64,000 bases of DNA, from positions 2,176,001 to 2,240,000 of the forward strand of contig CBDFLJ010000002.1 of the NCBI GenBank assembly GCA_965248835.1, read 5' to 3'. The stretch is from Alphaproteobacteria bacterium (GTDB lineage Bacteria; Pseudomonadota; Alphaproteobacteria; MPNO01). The translations under genes and the position numbers were made by a program. This document shows positions 8,684-17,668 of the stretch, piece by piece; position 1 is the stretch's first letter; each line of letters starts with the position of its first letter. The notes below the pieces were generated by a model, which saw only the letters and a program-made list of their open reading frames with translations, had not been told where the DNA came from and did no database searches.

Positions 8684-9747
8684 TTGTCCTCGACCATGAA
8701 GGCGAGCGCGGAACCCACCATGTCGAACAGCGAGACCTCACGCCCGGTATCGATGCTGACCGTCGCGGTCACTCCGGCGGGCATGGCGAAGGGCCGGCCG
8801 GCGGACGTGTCGACCTCCAGCCGGACGGGCACGCGCTGGACGATCTTGACCCAGTTGCCGGTCGCATTCTGGGGCGGCAGCACGGACAGCTCGGCCCCTG
8901 TCGAGGGGCTGATCGAGCTGACCTTCGCGCGCCAGGTCAGATCGGGGAAAGCATCGACGACGATCTCCGCCTCCTGGCCGATCCGAACATGGGTAAGCTG
9001 GGTCTCTTTGAGGTTGGCCTCGATCCACGGCTGCGCGGACTCGATCAGAGGCAGGACCGCATCGCCGGCTTCGACATACTCGCCCGACTGGAGGCGCACC
9101 CGGCCGATCGTGCCGTCCGCAGGGGCATGGATCACGGTCCGGCGGAGGTTGATCTCGGCGCTTTCGCGTGCAGCCCTAGCCTCGATGAACCCGGGATGGG
9201 CTTCCACCGCGATATCTTCCTTGCCGCCCAGGTTGGCAAGCAATCGCAGGCTCTTCTGGCGCACCGCGCTGGCGCGCTGGCGCGAGGTCAGGAGGTTCTG
9301 CTCGGCCTCTTCGTAGGCTGCGCGGGAGGCATGCCCGCGGCCGGCCAGCGATTTCAAGCGTTTGTACACGCCGCTGTAATAGGCGATGTTCTGGTTGGCC
9401 TCGCGCAGCGCCATCTGAGCCTCGCGGTAGGATGCGCGCAGCCCCTTTATGTCGCTGCGCACCATCGCAAGCTTGGCCTTGGCCCTGTCCAAGGCCACCC
9501 GATGCGGCTCGGAATCGATGCTGAAGATCGGATCCCCGGCCTTCACGAACCCGTTCTCGGCGACGTACACCCGGTTGACCCGGCCGTCGATCTCGGCGCT
9601 GACCAGCACCACGTTGGATTTCACATACGCATTTTCGGTCGTCACGTAGCGGCGCGACGCCACCCAGTAATGCGCGCCGATGACCAGTGCGACGGCCGGG
9701 ACGATCCCCAGGAATACGATGCGAATGATTGTCCGCCTGCCGGCCAT
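8680..9747 (-). CDS. EmrA/HlyD-family membrane fusion protein
   Basis: N-terminal TM, TENAYV, ANLKETQL, LPPQNATGNWVKIVQRVPVR. Confidence 0.92.
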   Translation of the reverse strand: MAGRRTIIRIVFLGIVPAVALVIGAHYWVASRRYVTTENAYVKSNVVLVSAEIDGRVNRVYVAENGFVKAGDPIFSIDSEPHRVALDRAKAKLAMVRSDIKGLRASYREAQMALREANQNIAYYSGVYKRLKSLAGRGHASRAAYEEAEQNLLTSRQRASAVRQKSLRLLANLGGKEDIAVEAHPGFIEARAARESAEINLRRTVIHAPADGTIGRVRLQSGEYVEAGDAVLPLIESAQPWIEANLKETQLTHVRIGQEAEIVVDAFPDLTWRAKVSSISPSTGAELSVLPPQNATGNWVKIVQRVPVRLEVDTSAGRPFAMPAGVTATVSIDTGREVSLFDMVGSALAFMVEDK

Positions 9748-9849
9748 GGGCCGCTGCCCTCGTCCTTGCGGTATCTCGCCCAGCCCGGCGACCGGCCCGT
9801 GTGCAGGGCCCGATTGCGGCGCGTGCCAAATACATCGACGCCGAATTTC

Positions 9850-9863
9850 GATAGGTTACTATC
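9850..9863. promoter_or_regulatory. Palindromic candidate operator GATAG-GTTA-CTATC between divergent emrA and tauD
   Basis: 5-4-5 inverted repeat in an AT-rich intergenic patch. Confidence 0.35.
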
Positions 9864-9990
9864 TTTCTCCGAAGACGGCAAAACTTCAATAGCGCCCGAT
9901 CTCGGACACGGTCTCGGACGCGGTTGTCGGAAATCGCCGCTGGCGTATGATGGGACCGGACTCGAAGACACCCGCAAACGGAGTCGGACC

Positions 9991-10836
9991 GTGGGCCTGA
10001 CCGTCACGCCGCTGAGCCCGAGCATCGGCGCCGAAATCGGCGGGCTCGACCTGAACGCGCCGCTGAGCCCGGGCGAAATTTCCCGGATCGAGCAGGCCTG
10101 GCTGGATCACATCGTTCTGGTGTTCCGCGGCCAGAAGCTGGACCAGGACGCACAGATCCGGTTCGCCGCGCTGTTCGGCACCGTCGGCGAACGCTCGCGG
10201 TCGCCGGACAGGCGCCCGGAAGGCGCCGATTTCCACCCGGCGGTCATGCTGGTGTCGAACATCCGTGAGAACGGCAAGCCGATCGGATCGCTGCCCGACG
10301 GCGAGATGTGGTTCCACCACGACATGTGCTACCACCCCGCGCCCTATCGCGGCACGATGCTCTATGCGATCGAGATCCCGCGCCGCGGCGGCAACACCCT
10401 GTTTGCCAACATGTATGCGGCCTACGATGGTCTGGAGGAGTCCATCAAGGCCGAAATCCGGGGCAAGCAAGCTCTGCAGATCTACGATTACTCGGTGCGC
10501 GACCGGGTCTCGCCCGACGGCGACATCAGCGGCTATCCGCACCAGCTTCAGCCGGTCGCGATCACCCATCCGCTGAGCGGCCGGAAGGCGCTCTACGTGA
10601 ACCCGCTGATGACCGCGCGAATCCAGGATGTCCCCACCGCGCGCAGCGACGCGTTGCTCGAATGCCTGTTCGGATTCGTCGCGCGCTCGGAGATCATCTA
10701 CGAGCATGTCTGGCGCCCGGGGGACTTCGTGATGTGGGACAACTGGTGCTCGTGCCACGCGCGCACCGATTTTCCCGAGGACGAGCGCAGGCTGCTGCGA
10801 CGCTGCACCATCTTGGGTCAGAAGCTGAGCGAATAG
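9991..10836 (+). CDS. TauD/TfdA-family Fe(II)/2OG dioxygenase (copy 1)
   Basis: IGAEIGGLDL, WFHHD (HxD), GGNTLFAN, WDNWCSCHAR, RLLRR; GTG start inferred. Confidence 0.88.
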   Translation: MGLTVTPLSPSIGAEIGGLDLNAPLSPGEISRIEQAWLDHIVLVFRGQKLDQDAQIRFAALFGTVGERSRSPDRRPEGADFHPAVMLVSNIRENGKPIGSLPDGEMWFHHDMCYHPAPYRGTMLYAIEIPRRGGNTLFANMYAAYDGLEESIKAEIRGKQALQIYDYSVRDRVSPDGDISGYPHQLQPVAITHPLSGRKALYVNPLMTARIQDVPTARSDALLECLFGFVARSEIIYEHVWRPGDFVMWDNWCSCHARTDFPEDERRLLRRCTILGQKLSE

Positions 10837-10848
10837 GAAGACAGACCG

Positions 10849-11694
10849 ATGGCCATCCGAATCAACAAGCTCACCCCGCATATCGGTGCCGAGATCGACG
10901 GGCTCGACCTGAGGACTCGCCCGAACCAGGCCGAGATCGACGGGATCTACAAGGCCTGGCTGGACAATATCGTCATCGTCTTCCGCGGCCAGAAGCTGGA
11001 GCAGGCCGATCTCCTCCGGGTGACCGAGTATTTCGGCCCCCCGGCGGCCAACGCCCGGCCCAGGGAATACCGCAGCACCGCCCAACTCGAAATGCTGCCG
11101 GGGATCATGCTGATCTCCAACGTGCGCGCGAACGGCCAGCCCATCGGCGCCCTGCCCGACGGCGACATGATGTTCCATCACGACATGCTGCATGCCGAGG
11201 TCCCGGACAAGGGGACCTTCCTCTATGCGGTCGAAATCCCGGGCCACGGCGGCAACACGCTGTTCGCCAGCGGCTATGCGGCCTACGACACGCTCGATGA
11301 CACGCTGCGCGGCGCGCTGGAAGGAAAGCGCGCCTTCCATCACTACAACTACGGCTCCCAGCACCGCGGCGATGACATCGGCACCCCGGCATTCTCCGAA
11401 TCGGTCCACCCGGTCTTCCGGACCCATCCCGAGACCGGCCGCAAGGCGGTCTACATCGACCGGCTGATGACCGAATACGTGCTCGACATGGACAAGGCCG
11501 AGAGCGACGCCGTGCTGGAACGGGTGTTCGACCATTGCGAAAAGGACGAGTTCGTCTACGAGCACGTCTGGCAACTGGGCGATTTGCTGTTGTGGGACAA
11601 TCGCTGCTCGATGCATGCGCGCCGGGACTTTCCGTCCGAAGAGCGGCGACTGCTGTGGCGGACGACGCTTGCCGGCGACGACCGGCCCCATTGA
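10849..11694 (+). CDS. TauD/TfdA-family Fe(II)/2OG dioxygenase (copy 2)
   Basis: IGAEIDGLDL, MFHHD, GGNTLFA, HPVFRTHPETGRKA, WDNRCSMHAR. Confidence 0.9.
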   Translation: MAIRINKLTPHIGAEIDGLDLRTRPNQAEIDGIYKAWLDNIVIVFRGQKLEQADLLRVTEYFGPPAANARPREYRSTAQLEMLPGIMLISNVRANGQPIGALPDGDMMFHHDMLHAEVPDKGTFLYAVEIPGHGGNTLFASGYAAYDTLDDTLRGALEGKRAFHHYNYGSQHRGDDIGTPAFSESVHPVFRTHPETGRKAVYIDRLMTEYVLDMDKAESDAVLERVFDHCEKDEFVYEHVWQLGDLLLWDNRCSMHARRDFPSEERRLLWRTTLAGDDRPH

Positions 11695-11709
11695 GCCGGG
11701 GAGACCGGG

Positions 11710-12561
11710 ATGACCAAAATTCTCAGCGACTCGCAAATCGCGGCCTATGAGCGCGACGGGTTCGTCTTTCCGGTGCGTATCATGGACCGGGCCGAGGCCG
11801 CCGAACTGCTGCGGCGCTTCCAGGCGCTGGAGCGCCGCCTGGGCGCGGAGCCCCAGCAACGCTTCAAGATCAAGGCTCATCTGCCTCTGCGCTGGCTCAA
11901 CGCGCTGGTGCGCAACCCGGTCATGCTCGATGCCGTCGAGGACCTGATCGGACCCGACATCCTGTGCTGGGGCTCAAGCTTCTTCACCAAGAAGGCACGC
12001 GATTCGCGCTTCGTCTCCTGGCACCAGGACTCGACCTATTACGGGCTGCGCCCGGCGGAGACCGTCACCACCTGGGTCGCCTTCACCGACAGCAAGATCG
12101 CTTCGGGCTGCGTCCGGTTCGTGCCCGGCACCCACAAGGACGGCATCCTCGATCACATCGAGACCTACGATGCCGACAATCTGCTGATGAAGGGCCAGAC
12201 CATCGTGGGGGTCGAGGAGACCGCGGCGATCGATTGCGAACTCGACGCGGGCGAAGTCTCGATCCATCACGAATCGGTCGTCCACGGCTCGAACCCCAAC
12301 ACCACCGACGGGCCGCGGATCGGGCTTTCGATCCATTACATCGCCCCGCATGTCCGCCAGACTGCCTTCGATCGCGCGACCGCGATGGTCGTGCGCGGCC
12401 GCGACACGCACGGCCACTGGGAGCCCGAGCCCGAGCCCAAGGAGGACCTCGACCCGGTATGCCTTGCCGCGCTGGACGAGGTCTATGCGCAATACCGCAG
12501 CGGGGTCGGTAAACCGAACGGATCGGGAAGAGACCATGCGCAGGCCGCCGCGCGCCGATGA
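11710..12561 (+). CDS. PhyH-family Fe(II)/2OG dioxygenase
   Basis: YERDGF, WHQD (HxD), GCVRFVPGTH, VHGS..N....R. Confidence 0.88.
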   Translation: MTKILSDSQIAAYERDGFVFPVRIMDRAEAAELLRRFQALERRLGAEPQQRFKIKAHLPLRWLNALVRNPVMLDAVEDLIGPDILCWGSSFFTKKARDSRFVSWHQDSTYYGLRPAETVTTWVAFTDSKIASGCVRFVPGTHKDGILDHIETYDADNLLMKGQTIVGVEETAAIDCELDAGEVSIHHESVVHGSNPNTTDGPRIGLSIHYIAPHVRQTAFDRATAMVVRGRDTHGHWEPEPEPKEDLDPVCLAALDEVYAQYRSGVGKPNGSGRDHAQAAARR

Positions 12562-12649
12562 GACGGGTAATGACTGGCCAGCCGCGCTCGATGACGGCCG
12601 GAACCGGTACCGGCCGGCGATGAAGGCGCCCGGCGCGCCGTAGGGTCCG

Positions 12650-13489
12650 GTGTCCCCGTCCGTGGAAACGCTGCCGCCGCGCGAGCACGTCTTCGTCGGC
12701 GGCCGGCGGGTGAGGTTCCGCCAGGCCGGGCCGGGCGATGCCGAGCCGGATGCGGTGGTCTTCCTGCACGGGCTCGGCGGCGGCTCTGCGACCTGGAGGC
12801 GGCAGTACGAGCGGTTCGGCGCGACCCGGCGCGTCGTCGGCTGGGACATGCCGGGCTATGGCGGCTCGCAACCGCTGCCCGGAACGCCGCAGGCGCGCGA
12901 TTACGCCGAGATCCTGGCGGCGTTCCTCGGTGCGCTCGACTTGGTTCGGGTCCATCTGGTGGGGCAGTCGGTGGCGGCGTTGATCGCGGCCGCCTTTGCC
13001 CGGCTGGCGCCGGGACGGCTGCGCTCGGTGGTCTTCGCCCACCCGCTGACCGGCTTCGGCGCCCTGCCGGCGGACGAGCGGGCGGCGGCGGCGGCGCAGA
13101 GGATACGCCCGTTTGATGCGCTCGGACCGCAGGGCTTCGCGCAATCGCGCGCGCCGCGCCTGCTCGCGCCGGGCGCCGCGCAGACGCTGGTCGAGGAGGT
13201 GGTCGCGACGATGTCCGAGGTGCCGCCGGCGGCCTATCGCCAGGCGGTCTTGATGATGAAATCGGCCGATCTCATGACCGAGGCCGCAGCGATCGGTCTG
13301 CCGGCCCTCGTGGTCGCGGGATCCGACGATCCACTGGCGCCGCCCGAGATCTGCCGCGGGTTGGCCGATGCCTTGCCTGCGGGGCGGCATGCCCTGATCG
13401 ACCGGTCCGGACACTATGCCGCGCTGGAGCGTCCGGAGGCTTTCAACCAGGCCCTGCAGGCGTTTTTCGAATCGACCGAGGCACGCTGA
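12650..13489 (+). CDS. Alpha/beta hydrolase (PcaD-like fold)
   Basis: FLHGLGG, WDMPGYG, GQSVA nucleophile elbow, GSDD, SGH. Confidence 0.82.
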   Translation: MSPSVETLPPREHVFVGGRRVRFRQAGPGDAEPDAVVFLHGLGGGSATWRRQYERFGATRRVVGWDMPGYGGSQPLPGTPQARDYAEILAAFLGALDLVRVHLVGQSVAALIAAAFARLAPGRLRSVVFAHPLTGFGALPADERAAAAAQRIRPFDALGPQGFAQSRAPRLLAPGAAQTLVEEVVATMSEVPPAAYRQAVLMMKSADLMTEAAAIGLPALVVAGSDDPLAPPEICRGLADALPAGRHALIDRSGHYAALERPEAFNQALQAFFESTEAR

Positions 13490-13522
13490 GCGAATCTCGC
13501 GCAAGGGTGAGCCATATGAGCC

Positions 13523-13539
13523 TTGGCAAACCGCTTGCA
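13523..13539 (+). promoter_or_regulatory. Candidate sigma54 -24/-12 promoter for the pnt operon
   Basis: TTGGCAAACCGCTTGCA has the GG-N10-GC spacing of YTGGCACGNNNNTTGCW, about 70 nt before pntAA. Confidence 0.4.
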
Positions 13540-13609
13540 AGTGGGCATGTTGCGGGACGTTTCCAGAATTCAGGTGCCCGGCGCACCGCACCCAAGAAAC
13601 AACGTAGCC

Positions 13610-14782
13610 ATGAAGATTGCGGTTCCCAAGGAAAGACGGCCCGACGAACGTCGCGTAGCCGCATCCCCGGATACCGTCAAGAAGTTCATCGGCCTCGGCG
13701 CGGACGTCGTCGTGGAGTCCGGCGCCGGGCAAGGCGCCTCGATCTCCGATGAGGCGTTTTCCGAGGCCGGCGCCGCGGTCGCCGACGGGGCGGAAGCGAC
13801 ATTGGAGTCCGCCGACATCGTCCTCAAGGTCCAGCGCCCGATGATCGCGGGCGAAGGCGAGGTCGACGAGGTCGCGATGATGAAGCCCGGCTGCGTGGTC
13901 GTCGGCATCCTGTCGGCGCTGCAGCACGCCGGTCACGCCGCGGCCTATGCCGGCGCGGGGCTGACCGCCTTCGCGCTGGAATTGCTGCCGCGGATCACCC
14001 GCGCGCAGTCGATGGACGTGCTGACATCGCAATCGAACATTGCGGGCTACAAGGCCGTCATCGACGGCGCGCACGCCTTCGGCCGCGCATTTCCGATGAT
14101 GATGACCGCCGCCGGGACGATCCCGCCGGCCCGCGTGCTGGTGCTGGGAGCCGGCGTCGCCGGGCTCCAGGCGATCGCGACCGCGCGGCGGCTGGGCGCC
14201 ATCGCGACCGGCTACGATGTCCGCCCCGCGGTCAAGGAACACGTCGAGAGCCTGGGCGCCAAGTTCCTCGAGGTCGACTCGGCGGCGACCGCCGAAGCCG
14301 AGACCGCCGGAGGCTACGCCAGGGAAATGGGCGAGGACTACCAAGCGCGGCAGGAGACCGCGCTTCGCGCCGTGCTGCCGAGCCAGGACGTCGCGATCTG
14401 CACCGCGCTGATCCCCGGCCGGCGGGCGCCGATACTGATCACCGAGGAGATGGTCAAGTCGATGCGGCTGGGCTCGGTGATCGTCGACCTCGCCGTCGAG
14501 CAAGGCGGCAACTGTCCGTTGAGCGAGCTGGGCAAGGCGGTCACCAAGCATGGCGTCCGGATCCTCGGCTACGCCAACGTGCCCAGCCGGCTCGCGGAGG
14601 ATGCCTCGGCGATGTATGCCCGCAACGTCCTCAGCTTTCTCACCCCGTTCTTCGATCGCCAGACCAAGGCGTTCGCCTTCGATTGCGACGACGAGATCGT
14701 CAAGGCCTGCCTGATCGCCCGCGACGGCGCGGTGGTGCACCCCCTGCTGGTCGACGAGCAGGCGAAGGAGGAGGTTGCGTGA
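13610..14782 (+). CDS. pntAA: NAD(P) transhydrogenase subunit alpha part 1
   Basis: [48 protein letters not shown]. Confidence 0.95.
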   Translation: MKIAVPKERRPDERRVAASPDTVKKFIGLGADVVVESGAGQGASISDEAFSEAGAAVADGAEATLESADIVLKVQRPMIAGEGEVDEVAMMKPGCVVVGILSALQHAGHAAAYAGAGLTAFALELLPRITRAQSMDVLTSQSNIAGYKAVIDGAHAFGRAFPMMMTAAGTIPPARVLVLGAGVAGLQAIATARRLGAIATGYDVRPAVKEHVESLGAKFLEVDSAATAEAETAGGYAREMGEDYQARQETALRAVLPSQDVAICTALIPGRRAPILITEEMVKSMRLGSVIVDLAVEQGGNCPLSELGKAVTKHGVRILGYANVPSRLAEDASAMYARNVLSFLTPFFDRQTKAFAFDCDDEIVKACLIARDGAVVHPLLVDEQAKEEVA

Positions 14783-15105
14783 ACGCGCAGACGATGCCTC
14801 AACCCGCCGCGGCGGAAGCGGCATCGGACCCGTTCATATTCCTGTTCACCGTCTTCGTTCTGGCGATCCTGGTGGGCTATTACGTCGTCTGGAACGTCAC
14901 GCCGGCGCTCCATTCGCCGCTGATGAGCGTCACCAACGCGATCTCCTCGGTGATCATCGTCGGCGCGTTGATCGCGGCCGGCCCGGCCGGCATGAACTTC
15001 TCCAAAGTCATGGGGTTGCTTGCCGTGACGCTGGCCTCGATCAACATCTTCGGCGGGTTCATCGTCAGCCAGCGCATGCTGCGCATGTACAGAAAAAAGC
15101 GCTGA
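14779..15105 (+). CDS. pntAB: NAD(P) transhydrogenase subunit alpha part 2
   Basis: [31 protein letters not shown]. Confidence 0.95.
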   Translation: MNAQTMPQPAAAEAASDPFIFLFTVFVLAILVGYYVVWNVTPALHSPLMSVTNAISSVIIVGALIAAGPAGMNFSKVMGLLAVTLASINIFGGFIVSQRMLRMYRKKR

Positions 15106-15120
15106 GGCGGGACATCGATT

Positions 15121-16509
15121 TTGTCTGACGAGCTGACAGGCCTCGCCTACCTGATCGCGGCGATCTGCTTCATCCTGGCGCTGCGCGGCCTGTCTTCTCC
15201 GGAAACCGCGCGGCGCGGCAACGCGATCGGCGTCGCCGGCATGGTGATCGCCATCCTGACCACGCTCGCGGACCCCAACGTGATCTCCTTCGAGATCATC
15301 GCCGCCGGAATCCTGATCGGCGGTGCGATCGGCACCGTGGTCGCGCTGCGCATCCGGATGACGGCCTTGCCCCAGCTCGTGGCCGCCTTCCACAGCCTTG
15401 TCGGGCTCGCCGCGGCAGCGGTGGCCACGGCCGCGCTCTATTCGCCGGAGTCCTACGGCATCGGTACGATCGGGTCGATCAAGACCGCGAGCCTGATCGA
15501 GATGTCGATCGGCACCGCGGTCGGCGCGGTCACCTTTTCCGGCTCGATCGTGGCCTTCGCCAAGCTGCAGGGGCTGGTCTCCGGCGCGCCGCTGATCTTT
15601 CGCGGCCAGCATCCGCTGAACGCCGCGCTCGGGGTCGTTCTGGTCGGGCTCGGCGTCTGGTTCTGCTCGACCGAGACCGTTGCGGCCTATTGGATGGTGC
15701 TGCTGCTGGCGTTTGCGCTCGGGTTCCTGATCATCATCCCGATCGGCGGGGCGGATATGCCGGTGGTGATCTCGATGCTCAACTCCTATTCGGGATGGGC
15801 GGCCTGCGGGATCGGCTTCACCCTGTCCAACACGCTGCTGATCATCACCGGTGCCCTGGTCGGCTCGTCCGGAGCGATCCTCAGCTACATCATGTGCAAG
15901 GGGATGAACCGGTCCTTTTTCAACGTGATCCTGGGCGGCTTCGGCATCGCCGGCGATACGCCGAGTGCCATGCACGCGGCCGACCGGGGCGTGAAGGCGG
16001 GCAGCGCCGAGGACGCGGCCTTCGTGATGAAGAATGCGTCCAAGGTGATCATCGTGCCCGGCTATGGGATGGCCGTCGCCCAGGCCCAGCACGCGCTGCG
16101 CGAGATGACCGACATGTTGAAGGACAAAGGCGTCGACATCGCCTTTGCGATCCATCCGGTCGCCGGCCGCATGCCGGGGCATATGAACGTGCTCCTGGCC
16201 GAGGCGAGTGTTCCCTACGACGAGGTCTTCGAGCTCGAGGAGATCAACAACGCGTTCGCGACCGCGGACGTTGCATACGTCATCGGCGCCAACGACGTCA
16301 CCAACCCGGCGGCCAAGACCGACCCGCAGAGCCCGATCTTCGGCATGCCGATCCTGGAGGTCGCCAAATCGAGCACGGTGCTGTTCGTCAAGCGCTCGCT
16401 CGCCCCGGGCTATGCCGGGGTCGACAACGAGCTGTTCTACAGAGACAACACCATGATGCTGTTCGACGACGCCAAGAAGATGACCGAGGAGATCGTCCAG
16501 GCGCTGTAG
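15121..16509 (+). CDS. pntB: NAD(P) transhydrogenase subunit beta
   Basis: IGGADMPVVISMLNSYSGWAA, VPGYGMAVAQAQH, HPVAGRMPGHMNVLLAEA. Confidence 0.96.
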   Translation: MSDELTGLAYLIAAICFILALRGLSSPETARRGNAIGVAGMVIAILTTLADPNVISFEIIAAGILIGGAIGTVVALRIRMTALPQLVAAFHSLVGLAAAAVATAALYSPESYGIGTIGSIKTASLIEMSIGTAVGAVTFSGSIVAFAKLQGLVSGAPLIFRGQHPLNAALGVVLVGLGVWFCSTETVAAYWMVLLLAFALGFLIIIPIGGADMPVVISMLNSYSGWAACGIGFTLSNTLLIITGALVGSSGAILSYIMCKGMNRSFFNVILGGFGIAGDTPSAMHAADRGVKAGSAEDAAFVMKNASKVIIVPGYGMAVAQAQHALREMTDMLKDKGVDIAFAIHPVAGRMPGHMNVLLAEASVPYDEVFELEEINNAFATADVAYVIGANDVTNPAAKTDPQSPIFGMPILEVAKSSTVLFVKRSLAPGYAGVDNELFYRDNTMMLFDDAKKMTEEIVQAL

Positions 16510-16582
16510 GATATGCTTCGAACAGGCCGGTCCAGCGCCCGGTCCGGCGGGCCGTGCCGGGCTCTCACGCGGAGGCAGGGCG

Positions 16583-17605
16583 ATGTATCTGGAAAATTGC
16601 TGGTATGTGGCGGCCTGGGACCACGAGGTGGGCGCGGCACCGTTCGCCCGCCGACTCCTCGGCCGGCCGGTCGTCCTCTACCGCCGCCGCGACGGCAGCC
16701 CGGTGGCCCTGGAGGACAGGTGCTGCCACCGCAACCTGCCGCTTTCGATGGGCCGCATCCTCGGCGACAACATCCAATGCGGCTATCACGGACTGACCTT
16801 CGCGCCGGGCGGGGCCTGCATCGAGGTGCCGGGCCAGACGACGATCCCGCCGGGCGCGCAGGTGCGCAGCTATCCGGCGGTCGAGCGCCACCGTTGGATC
16901 TGGATCTGGCCCGGTGATCCGGCCCGTGCCGACCCCGCGCTGATCCCCGACCTGTTCTGGAACGACGGCCCCGAATGGGCGGTCACCGGCGATTATCATC
17001 ACGTCGAGGGTGACTACCGGCTGATGATCGACATCCAGCTCGATGCGACCCACGTCACCTATGTGCACCCCGATACGCTGGGCAGCGATTCGGTCCAGGC
17101 GACCCCGCCCAAAGTCTCGCCGAAGGATGGCCGCGTGATCATCGACCGCTGGCTTATCGGCGTGGAGCCGCCGCCAATCTGGGCGCTGGCGGGCGGGTTC
17201 ACCGGGCCGGTCGACCGCTGGATCCTTTCGACCTACGAGCCGCCGACCGGGTGCCTGTTCGACATCGGCGCGGCCGAGGCCGGCACCGGCGCACCCGAGG
17301 GCGACCGCAGCAGGGGCATCACCAACCGGACCTCCCATTTCGTCACGCCGGAGACCGGAAAGACATGCCACTATTTCTGGGTCTTCGCGCGCAACTACCG
17401 GATCGACGACGACGACCTGAGCGCGCGGATGAAGCCCGGCATCCACCAGACCTTCCAGGAAGACGTCGATTTGGTCCAGGTGCAGATGCGCGGCCTGGCC
17501 GGCCGACCTGCGCCCGACCAGGTCGACGTCAACGCGGACATCACGACCATCCAGGCCCGCCGCCTGCTCGACGGCCTGATCGCGGCCGAAGCCCGGGCGG
17601 CCTGA
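16583..17605 (+). CDS. Rieske non-heme iron oxygenase alpha subunit (VanA-like)
   Basis: Rieske CCH...CGYHG, DATHVTYVH mononuclear site, C-terminal FQED. Confidence 0.9.
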   Translation: MYLENCWYVAAWDHEVGAAPFARRLLGRPVVLYRRRDGSPVALEDRCCHRNLPLSMGRILGDNIQCGYHGLTFAPGGACIEVPGQTTIPPGAQVRSYPAVERHRWIWIWPGDPARADPALIPDLFWNDGPEWAVTGDYHHVEGDYRLMIDIQLDATHVTYVHPDTLGSDSVQATPPKVSPKDGRVIIDRWLIGVEPPPIWALAGGFTGPVDRWILSTYEPPTGCLFDIGAAEAGTGAPEGDRSRGITNRTSHFVTPETGKTCHYFWVFARNYRIDDDDLSARMKPGIHQTFQEDVDLVQVQMRGLAGRPAPDQVDVNADITTIQARRLLDGLIAAEARAA

Positions 17606-17668
17606 TCGATCCGTCCGACGAGGAGCGGATCGCGGCCGCCGGAACGGACCCGGTCGGGCCGCCCGCCG

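Noticed and set aside
12083-14824. 913-aa minus-strand ORF and other long antisense ORFs (e.g. 212-1759, 9886-11880, 21687-23873)
   Set aside because: Shadow frames of well-supported genes in high-GC DNA, with no recognisable motifs
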